Virus record (IMG/VR): IMGVR_UViG_3300038673_000220
Span: 64,001-128,000 of that record
Reading direction: 5' to 3' (one strand)
Length of the DNA: 64,000 bases
Source: a virus
Lineage: Duplodnaviria; Caudoviricetes
The position numbers and the translations under genes are program-made. This document shows, one piece after another, positions 9,483-17,719 of this stretch (position 1 is the stretch's first letter; each line of letters starts with the position of its first letter). The notes under the pieces are model-generated. The model saw nothing but the letters and a program-made list of their open reading frames with translations, did not search any database and had not been told where the DNA came from.

Positions 9483-10343
9483 ATGAAACGGTCTTTAATA
9501 CCTGATTTAGAGGCATTGAACCTCGATTCATCTGATGAAAAGGAAGATGTCGTTCGGATGAATGTTCCACTGATGATCCGTATCTTTGAATACATCCGTG
9601 AAGATGTTAAAGAGGATGTTGAGATCCATGACATCGCAGAACGTCTCGTTAAATTCAGTAACGAATCCGACAAAGAGCTAACGATGGATGATTATGAAGC
9701 TATCGTTGGAACTACTACTAAAGAACCAATATCTGTAGCATCTGAAGAAGCGATGCTTGCTTCTGAAGTTCAAAAGGATGACGTATTCGTATGTACTGAT
9801 TCTGGTAAACACTTTATCAACGTTACTGGAAGTAATGAGTCTTTAGATGATTGGAAAGAGATCGTCGAAGAGGAAACTCATGATCTTGAAGAAATCGAGA
9901 TGGTGGTTGATTTCAAAAAGATCGTTGAAGTTGATAGTGATGAAGCACAATTTGCTCTTGAAGCTGCCAATGAGATGGTTATCAAACGAACTGATCTTGA
10001 TAAGTATTTTGTAAATACTTCAGGTAAGAACGAATCATCTTCTGATTGGGAAGAAGGTGTTTTATCAACAGAAGCTATCAATAATAAAACGCATAGTACG
10101 ATCGTTATCAATATGGAGAATATCGATCAAGCGAATGCGTTAACAACAGCTCTGAATAATTTCAGTAATAAAGCTGGGGTTGGGGGTGATGTTGAGATGT
10201 TCATCAGTACAAGTGATGGTGAACCAAAATCTTGTGGTACTATCGGTCATGATGTTAAGATAGGTAAGATCTATCACAACGTTCCTGATGAAAAAGGTGG
10301 TGATAAAAAAGAGGACAAGAAAGATAAGGATAAGAAAGACTAA
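9483..10343 (+). CDS. acidic putative internal head protein with S/A-x-E maturation sites
   Basis: AAGGAGG RBS; ASE, ALE and STE motifs match the phiKZ-type prohead protease consensus; internally duplicated motif. Confidence 0.55.
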   Translation: MKRSLIPDLEALNLDSSDEKEDVVRMNVPLMIRIFEYIREDVKEDVEIHDIAERLVKFSNESDKELTMDDYEAIVGTTTKEPISVASEEAMLASEVQKDDVFVCTDSGKHFINVTGSNESLDDWKEIVEEETHDLEEIEMVVDFKKIVEVDSDEAQFALEAANEMVIKRTDLDKYFVNTSGKNESSSDWEEGVLSTEAINNKTHSTIVINMENIDQANALTTALNNFSNKAGVGGDVEMFISTSDGEPKSCGTIGHDVKIGKIYHNVPDEKGGDKKEDKKDKDKKD

Positions 10344-10345
10344 AT

Positions 10346-10399
10346 AATGAACATCATCAGAACGCTACCTTAATTGGTAGCGTTCTGATGATGTTCATT
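10346..10399. terminator. bidirectional terminator (24-bp perfect inverted repeat)
   Basis: aatgaacatcatcagaacgctacc/ggtagcgttctgatgatgttcatt between convergent genes. Confidence 0.85.
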
Positions 10400-10414
10400 T
10401 AATCTTACATTCCT

Positions 10415-11587
10415 TTATATCAAACTGCAGATGATGTCAAATTTGCTTTTGATGTTTTCAACGACGAACGGTTGACTAGCATTTGACCAAAATCTCGTAT
10501 TAGCTAATCGCTTACTCACAACATCGAAAAGCTTTTTGAGTTCTTGACTCCTATTATTTTCCGGTTGTAAACCATATATTCCGATAAATGTAGCTAGTAT
10601 GAAATACTCTTTAACGAATTCTAACCATCGGTATTGAGCTCCACCATGGAATCCAATATAATGATTATCTATCGTTGTATTGATGAGATCCAATAGGCTA
10701 GTTTCTTTATCAACGTATAACGAAGTGATTACTTCATCTGGTTTCACTTTTCCATGAACGCACTTATCGATAAGATCTTCGATTTCTTGAATAACAGATC
10801 TTCTATCGTTTAAAACAAACGTTGACTTATCAGTTGTTGTGAATTTCTCTTCAGTATATGAAAGATCAGGATCTATCGATTTAAACACTACGATATCGTA
10901 GATAGATTTCAAAATCCAGGTCCTCAAGTTGTCTTCCAATAAAGGTATCAGGCATGTTTTAAAGATGAATGGATAGTTATTTGTATTGTCAACAAATTCT
11001 TCCGGAAAGAGTAAACGATACTTCGTGTAAAGCATCAGTAGCTTGACAACGTTGATACTAAAGATAACCTCATATGGAGGATTCTTTTGATACTTCAATT
11101 TACTCGTAATGATGTCAAGTTCGATATCGCGTGAATCATTTGAAAGCATCGTTAAAGGATGAAGTTTCATCCAATCGTTAAAATTATTACTTCCAAATGG
11201 AGTTGTTTCTACGATATCGATATCTTCAGAAATAATCAGATATTCAGCTGTTTTGTATTTCTGACTATAAATGAAATTCTTATACCTGATAGGGTATTGA
11301 CGTATGAAATCAGAATACGCTGGACTCTCATATTCATTAACGATCTTAGCAAATCTATCAAAGTCATTATGAAATTTCAATAGGTAAGGAATATCAGCTC
11401 GCGTTATAAGAGAATTCAAGAAATCAATACCCATTGATGGGATTGGATCATTTGTAAATCTTAAGGTTCTTTCTTCAAGTCGTCTTAAGCCTATCTCTAA
11501 ATTACTTAAATAATTCTTAAGATCAACTATTTGGATTTTGTAGCTATGAGGTATCCTTGAGATGAAGGTTCTGAGATCTGTAAACAT
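10415..11587 (-). CDS. conserved chimallivirus protein (phiKZ gp52-like by position)
   Basis: 390 aa; GAGG RBS; divergent from chimallin. Confidence 0.55.
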   Translation of the reverse strand: MFTDLRTFISRIPHSYKIQIVDLKNYLSNLEIGLRRLEERTLRFTNDPIPSMGIDFLNSLITRADIPYLLKFHNDFDRFAKIVNEYESPAYSDFIRQYPIRYKNFIYSQKYKTAEYLIISEDIDIVETTPFGSNNFNDWMKLHPLTMLSNDSRDIELDIITSKLKYQKNPPYEVIFSINVVKLLMLYTKYRLLFPEEFVDNTNNYPFIFKTCLIPLLEDNLRTWILKSIYDIVVFKSIDPDLSYTEEKFTTTDKSTFVLNDRRSVIQEIEDLIDKCVHGKVKPDEVITSLYVDKETSLLDLINTTIDNHYIGFHGGAQYRWLEFVKEYFILATFIGIYGLQPENNRSQELKKLFDVVSKRLANTRFWSNASQPFVVENIKSKFDIICSLI

Positions 11588-11664
11588 TTATATCCTCATA
11601 TATTAATTTTTTATTTGGATGAGTAATAGTGTGATCACAATATCGTAAAGGATTCATATTTCAG

Positions 11665-11682
11665 ATATATATCATTTGATTG
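11665..11682 (+). promoter_or_regulatory. early-type phage promoter ATATATATYAT-N6-R
   Basis: ATATATATCAT-TTGATT-G; the motif recurs 8 times upstream of shell/nvRNAP genes and small units. Confidence 0.7.
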
Positions 11683-11792
11683 AATAAACTGATATTTCAC
11701 ATGCTAATCTGGAGAATGCTCATTATGGACGCTGTAGAAATTTATTAGTTGAAAATTGAATGTACTTCAGAATAAATGAATCACAATTTCAA

Positions 11793-11810
11793 ATATATAT
11801 TATTTAAGTG
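11793..11810 (+). promoter_or_regulatory. early-type phage promoter for chimallin
   Basis: ATATATATTAT-TTAAGT-G. Confidence 0.75.
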
Positions 11811-11944
11811 AGGTTGTCATCATATGTAAAAAAATATACTGAGTGATAATAATATGAACTAAAGATGAGACAGTTAGATGTCTCAACCTACGAAGTGTTT
11901 TTGTGGACCTAGGACACCACTAACTTAAAAAGAGGAGCAACAAA

Positions 11945-13444
11945 ATGATCATTAACAATGAAGGACAGCAGGTAAACCAGCCGCAAACTGACGCAGCACC
12001 GAAAGCATTTTCTCTGAGAGATGTATTGCAGCGATGCAATTCTCAGAATGGTTGGTCTGGTGTCGGTCAAGATTACATCAATTCAATCCGTACTCAAATC
12101 GAGGATCCCGCAGCTACTATTAAGGGATCTATGCATCATATCAGCGATACAGCTGTAGCGTTTAATCATGAAGATAACGGTATCGTTCTTGTTCATGAAG
12201 GCGACATGATGAATTACCAGGAGCTTATCAATGAGGTTAAGCTCTACAACGCAAAACAGGCATATTACAGTGCTTTTCCGAAAAAGAAGCTGTTGAACAT
12301 CGTCACTGTTAATCGGTTCATGTTCAACCGACCGATTCAGATGGCCTCTTATATCAATAATCTGTTCTTGTCTCAGAGCGATATGATTAAGAGCTTCAAT
12401 TATCAATCTTTCGGATCTCAGAATAGTATTGATATCAACACTGATATCGGAGTTGTTCGTCGATTCTTCGAGATGCATTCGACGACTCCAGTATTCTGTG
12501 GAAACTTCGGATTCGTAGCATCTCTTGCGGATAAGAATTCCAACCGCAGTGCTGGTTATAATCAACCGACACCGATGTTTGGTGTTTCTGGTTATGTTGA
12601 GTTTATCAGGAATGATTCTGATGGAACATTCACTCCTATCGTTCATGTAACTGATATTCTTTCGGTTCTTCCTACCAATAAAATCTTGGCTCTTGCTTTA
12701 CCGCTCATCGGTGGAGTAATCATTTCTCGCAATATCTGGAAACAGCCATTCTCAGCGATTGCGAAAGATAACAATATCAATATTGGTAATCTCATCATCG
12801 ATGCCAATAGCGGTAAGCCTTATGAAGTGAAATCTGACGCTGATTTCCGTCAGATGTTCCGTCAGTATATCGGAGATCCGCTTCTTTGTATTGATATCAA
12901 ATCTGGCGGAGCTGATATTCCAGGCTTGAATCGTTTGATTCGTCAGTCTGAGCATATTGCTGTATTCAATGAGATCCTCGAGTTCTTCGGTGAGGCTCCT
13001 TTGAACGCTTGTCCGCCGATTGCTCAGAACATCTTCCGAGAAATCATCGGTGCTTCTGATATCGCCAAGAACAATATGGTAGAACCCATTGACAGTCGTG
13101 ATATCAATTACCTCTACACGGTTGCAAAAGCCAAATACAACCCTCGTCTGGATTATCTCTTGGCTCGTAATGAGTATGATCCGGTTCGACGATTCGAGGC
13201 TATCAAAGAGATTTATGGTGACATCACACCTACTCACATCTCTGCAACTACCATGTTCCACAACGACTTCCTTGGTCGTATCGTCAACAGACTGAATGAA
13301 ACGATCAAAATCGATATCCCGAATGTTGGTGATACGATGATGATCAATATGAATGAGTTTGCATCTAAGGCGTATAAACCGAATATGCCTATGTTTGGTC
13401 AAGGACAGAGCTCATTCAATATCGGTGGTTGGTCCTCTTTCTAA
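11945..13444 (+). CDS. chmA: chimallin, major phage nuclear shell protein
   Basis: directly upstream of the nvRNAP beta' N subunit (phiKZ gp54-gp55 order); motifs FTPIVHVTDI, LALAL, W..PF...NIGNL, IDIKSGG and DSRDINYL resemble ChmA; codon bias of a highly expressed gene; tandem early promoters. Confidence 0.8.
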   Translation: MIINNEGQQVNQPQTDAAPKAFSLRDVLQRCNSQNGWSGVGQDYINSIRTQIEDPAATIKGSMHHISDTAVAFNHEDNGIVLVHEGDMMNYQELINEVKLYNAKQAYYSAFPKKKLLNIVTVNRFMFNRPIQMASYINNLFLSQSDMIKSFNYQSFGSQNSIDINTDIGVVRRFFEMHSTTPVFCGNFGFVASLADKNSNRSAGYNQPTPMFGVSGYVEFIRNDSDGTFTPIVHVTDILSVLPTNKILALALPLIGGVIISRNIWKQPFSAIAKDNNINIGNLIIDANSGKPYEVKSDADFRQMFRQYIGDPLLCIDIKSGGADIPGLNRLIRQSEHIAVFNEILEFFGEAPLNACPPIAQNIFREIIGASDIAKNNMVEPIDSRDINYLYTVAKAKYNPRLDYLLARNEYDPVRRFEAIKEIYGDITPTHISATTMFHNDFLGRIVNRLNETIKIDIPNVGDTMMINMNEFASKAYKPNMPMFGQGQSSFNIGGWSSF

Positions 13445-13521
13445 TAGTAGGATTTTACCCTTTTTACCTACTATTGGGAGCTTCATGATAAAGCCGACAA
13501 AATAACTTTATCATGTCGAAA

Positions 13522-13569
13522 TAAATGGTCACTAAGTCGGAGTGACCATTTAAATAATCATAATTTTTT
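13522..13569 (+). terminator. terminator after chimallin
   Basis: 12-bp stem taaatggtcact/agtgaccattta with a T-run downstream. Confidence 0.65.
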
Positions 13570-13598
13570 CATAAGGAGGAGAATGATGCAAAACATAC

Positions 13599-13616
13599 AT
13601 ATATATTATTTAAAAG
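13599..13616 (+). promoter_or_regulatory. early-type promoter for the nvRNAP beta' gene
   Basis: ATATATATTAT-TTAAAA-G, followed by a 14-bp hairpin at 13623-13654. Confidence 0.7.
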
Positions 13617-13685
13617 AAATCACCTGTTGATCCTGATGCTTCAGGATCAACAGGATAAGATCATTCTTTAAAAGGGAAATAGAAA

Positions 13686-15729
13686 ATGCAGAAATGTTTT
13701 GTATTACCGAGTATCATTAACTTAGATGATCTCTTTAGTCGGACACCAAATACAACGGTGTTTAATGAGATCATGCTTGAATGTCAATCAAGCGAAGTTG
13801 TTGATATACTTTGTGATATTTCCAATGATAAAACTGATTCAGTAGCCTCATGTGAATGCGGTTGCCTTAAAGGAAATTATTACACTGGAACGAAATGTCG
13901 GGTATGTAATACTGTTTGCGAATCGAATCTCTTTGGTGAGATACGGAATGATTCGTGGTTAGCTATACCAAACTCTATCAAAGGAGTTTTGAATCCACAA
14001 GTTTTCAGAATCTTGGAAAGCTGGATGGGAAATACTACAGGTCATCAACCTATCATACGACAAATCCTCGATATGCAATTACCAGTAGAACCTATACCGA
14101 ATACGCCATTTTATTCTGGTATGGGATTTAATTGGTTTTATGATAATTTCAACGCTGTTATAACGTACTTTTTGACAAGCCATCCAACAGATACTGGTAG
14201 AAAAGCTGCTCCGAGTATAGAGCTCTTTCTGAAACAAGCTGGAGAAGCTATCTGGTGTCATTATTTACCAATATTAAGTAAGATCATCCAACCTATTACT
14301 CGTGTGAATAAAGATGTTCGTTATGCTGATACGGACATCAAGAATCTCATGAAGTCGATATTCACTTTAAGGAGCATCCTTTTAGCTGAAAAGACCATGA
14401 AGTTTTCTTATGATCACATCGATCGAAACTTCTTCAATGTGTATATTGAGTTCATCAATTACACGAAAAATATCTTGTATTCGAAGCTGCCAAGAAAACA
14501 GAGCATACTGAGGAAACATGTCTTTGGATCACGATCGCATTGTTCAGGACGAACTGTTGCGATCCCAATCGTTGAACCTCATGAGTCAGATAATATCCAT
14601 CTTCCTTGGCGATTAGGATTGATGATGTATCGTTATCACGTATTGGCAGTTTTGGTCAAGAAGTTTAGAATACCACCACTTAAAGCGTTTAATCGTGTTG
14701 TCAATGCTATCAACGTGTACGATTATGAGATCGATCGTATTATGCAGGAGTTGATCGCTGATTGTCCGTATAAAGGATTCCCTCTACTTGTGAATCGAAA
14801 TCCGTCATTGAAAATAGCGAGTATCCAATTATTATTCGCAACGAAGATCAAACCTGCATTAACTGAGAATCCGGTCAATTTACCAAATATTGAAGATATT
14901 AATGTCTCAGTGTTTGATCAGGATGATGAAGGATTCAGTAAGAGCTCATCGATCTTGGACATCAATGATGAAGATCAAATCGATCCAAAACTGAAGTATC
15001 TATTACGAAGCTATGTTGAAGATGATACAATAGCTGTTTCACCACTGATCGTTAAAGGTCCCAATCTTGACTTAACACATAAGGTCCGCTATGAAGTAAT
15101 TCATAGATGAAAATCTCTCTAATTGCTGGAACCTACTAAAGCTGTCTCACTACAACGTGACTCGAAAGGGTGAGCGTGAATGTTTGAAAACGAGACGGAT
15201 ATATGGGGAACCGTGGATTCTAAGAATCCCTTTAGCAGCCAAGATCCTAAAGTTATTGGGTATTGATTAATTGAATGAAGATACTCAGGTGGATTAGTTA
15301 ACCAATAAATAAGGATAAGGTCCAACGACTATGTGATTAATGGGTAATTCAATAACAATGTATCTATGGGTTATTGAGTCTACATACGCGCCATTAAGTA
15401 TACAGTACTTACCAAGTGGGTAGGGAAATGGGAGACTGCCTCAGGAGATGAGGTAGAAGAGATAGTCTGGACATCTAGGGAAAACCTAGAGCTGCAGGTA
15501 ATGCTGCGGGGATCAACTAACGACTGATCCTGAACATAACGTTGATGGGGACGAGATCAATATCATTCCGTTGTATGAGATGGATGAAGTCAAAGAGTTT
15601 GAGCGTCTTTATCCAGCTCACCGTTTCATTTCTGATAACGATCTCAAAATCGATGGTGGAGATGTTGTCATTTCTTCTCAACAGATTTGTATGCTGGCCT
15701 CATGGATGAATGATCCTGAATACAGCTAA
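13686..15729 (+). CDS. non-virion RNAP beta' N-terminal subunit (phiKZ gp55-like), spliced: join(13686..15072,15542..15729)
   Basis: Zn motif CECG...CRVC; LRKHVFGSR and NRNPSL; splicing restores the catalytic NLDFDGDE (GAC T|TT GAT GGG GAC); exon 2 is open to the TAA at 15727-15729. Confidence 0.92.
15073..15541 (+). mobile_element. group I intron (IA-like, no homing endonuclease), 469 nt
   Basis: 5' exon ends in U and can pair with IGS GGUC (U.G wobble); P element AATTGCTGGAA, R element GTCCAACGACTA, S element AAGAGATAGTCT; P3 TCTCTC/GGGAGA; terminal G; removal restores DFDGD. Confidence 0.93.
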
Positions 15730-15731
15730 AT

Positions 15732-15774
15732 ATCAAGTGGTAGGCATAACAACCTACCACTTGATTTATTTTTT
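15732..15774 (+). terminator. intrinsic terminator
   Basis: 13-bp stem atcaagtggtagg/cctaccacttgat plus T-run, right after the exon 2 stop. Confidence 0.9.
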
Positions 15775-15776
15775 AA

Positions 15777-15795
15777 ATATATATTATACTAGGAG
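15777..15795 (+). promoter_or_regulatory. early-type promoter
   Basis: ATATATATTAT-ACTAGG-A. Confidence 0.65.
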
Positions 15796-16337
15796 TTGTA
15801 GAAAAATAAAACACCTAGTTATTATATAAAGAAAAGAGCTTTCCATAATGAATCGTAGCGTTATCAATTGGGTACATTGCAAAACGGCGGGGCATTCTGG
15901 GAAGCTTGGATTTAATAGTTACGACACACGATTGATTTACTCTATTAAATCACGTTATCACCTACTCATTAAACGATTATTTGCCGAAATCGCATCGACC
16001 AATGAATGTCGATGTTCATAGTCCATTGCCAATTAAATTCCACTATTGGCGCATAAATCGACTGATTTCTTATTGTTGATCAGATTGTGTGGTAATGATT
16101 GAGCATCTTAGAAAGTCGTAATAACAGATGACTCTTTGAACGAATTTGTACTGGACAAGTGCTCTGACAAATTCAAATCGTTATGACACCGTATGTTGAA
16201 ACTTCGGAGACGGTATGAACCTTCGGGAAATATCAACATTTCATATCGATAACCCGGTTTGAAATCCAGATAGAGTCGGGATTTATTATCAATCAATTCT
16301 ACTGATCCTGAATAATCGGGATCAGTGGTAAATTTTT
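15795..16337 (+). ncRNA. candidate structured non-coding RNA of unknown family
   Basis: bounded by promoter and terminator; no RBS-supported ORF; about ten consecutive stems and two cUUCGg motifs. Confidence 0.55.
16301..16337 (+). terminator. intrinsic terminator
   Basis: actgatcctga/tcgggatcagt stem followed by aattttt. Confidence 0.75.
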
Positions 16338-16353
16338 ATCGAGGGTAAATTTC

Positions 16354-16865
16354 GTGTTTAAGATAATAATAAGTAAGAATACTGGATTAACATGTGTTGA
16401 GATAAATCAACCATCACAGGAGGTGTATGATAAAATCATAAAGATATGTCATTCATACGATGTATCTGACGAGAAAATAAGTATAATAAATCGTGGTGTC
16501 GCGAGTTTTTTCAAAGTAAAAAAGAAGGAGGGTATGATTGGATACTTATAGCGTTTTGGAGTGAGGATGTAGCAAAAGCTTTCTTAGATGTTGTATCAAG
16601 CGAGATAAGCGATTTAAGTATTGATGAAGATAATTCTAAGCTTTATTCATTGTCATATAATCAAGTTATGACTATATCGAAGGAATTGTCAAAGATATTC
16701 GGAATAGATGAATCGAGGATGGATTATGAACTTCTCAGATCCATAACTTGCGTAAATAAAGATAATGATTCATCTATCAAAATGATCCAAGAATCCAAAA
16801 ATTCCAAAACTTTCAATAAATGCTTATTCTGTAATAATAAATGTAATAAGAGTAAGTGTCCTTAA
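16354..16865 (+). CDS. hypothetical protein split by a -1 frameshift (about 170 aa if joined)
   Basis: the frame-0 ORF 16354-16551 overlaps a -1 frame that is open from 16470 to 16865; slippery T_TTT_TTC and A_AAA_AAG lie in the overlap. Confidence 0.55.
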
Positions 16866-16883
16866 AATCTAGGGTATAAAATT

Positions 16884-17663
16884 ATGCTACAATTCATTTG
16901 TAAAAAAGACGACGAGGTAGGACTTTATATTCAAGTTAATCACACGAATCATCTTGATAAGTTATTCGTAAGAAAATTCGCTTTGGATGGATTCTCAAAC
17001 ATCCTATCCGAAGAAGAGAATGCAAAATCAGTTGAACAAGTGAATAGCGTATTCTCTTTAATGAGCGAAGCTGAACAGGATTATATATTCAAGCTGTATG
17101 ATGAAATCAATATCACTCTTCTTCAAAATTATCGGCAGGATGAGATCAAAGATACATTGAATTCTATAGGGAATCGTATATTAAAAGATATCGAACGAAT
17201 GAAATTGGTCGATTACTGTAATCAACACCCTTTTAATAAATTCCCTATCCAAATCAACAGTATTAAGATAAACTTCGTTTCATTGATTCTTATCATAGGA
17301 ATATTTCTACCGGTTTTAATCATGGTGAAATCTTTCAATAAACGATATGTTAAGAATCAGACAATGAATTCGTTGGCAGTCAATCGTGTTCTGAAACCAA
17401 CCATTGATACATATTTCAGTAAAGAAAGGATGTTTATCAAAAACCTTATCATCGATGCGATCAAAAATGATTATCCTGAAGCTAAGGATATTATTATCAT
17501 CGATAAGAAATTCAAAAACATTTGCACTTTTAGTGAAATCATTCTGTGTAATATCATTTCAGATATATTCACTAAAGCACCTTGTAACAATGAAGTAGTA
17601 TTTGAAAGCATCAACCAATTCTTCATAGCTTATATTCGGAATTATATCCGAGAAAATAAGTAA
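16884..17663 (+). CDS. hypothetical protein
   Basis: 259-aa ORF. Confidence 0.7.
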   Translation: MLQFICKKDDEVGLYIQVNHTNHLDKLFVRKFALDGFSNILSEEENAKSVEQVNSVFSLMSEAEQDYIFKLYDEINITLLQNYRQDEIKDTLNSIGNRILKDIERMKLVDYCNQHPFNKFPIQINSIKINFVSLILIIGIFLPVLIMVKSFNKRYVKNQTMNSLAVNRVLKPTIDTYFSKERMFIKNLIIDAIKNDYPEAKDIIIIDKKFKNICTFSEIILCNIISDIFTKAPCNNEVVFESINQFFIAYIRNYIRENK

Positions 17664-17719
17664 ATACATAACCGAACAATGATTTAGATATTAATATCAA
17701 AAATCAAAGGAGATCTTTC

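Noticed and set aside
12083-13402. 187-aa and 216-aa antisense ORFs over chimallin
   Set aside because: Expected from the codon bias of a highly expressed gene; no RBS or motifs
15119-15325. Similar minus-strand ORFs in both introns (also 61946-62128) as a shared protein or homing endonuclease
   Set aside because: They are antisense translations of the conserved ribozyme core; no HNH, GIY-YIG or LAGLIDADG motif
15848-16021. 57-codon ORF within the ncRNA candidate
   Set aside because: No Shine-Dalgarno, start buried in a stem, atypical codons; not formally excluded
15889-16290. tmRNA (begins ggggcattctgg)
   Set aside because: No tRNA-like 3' end with T-loop and CCA, and no credible tag reading frame
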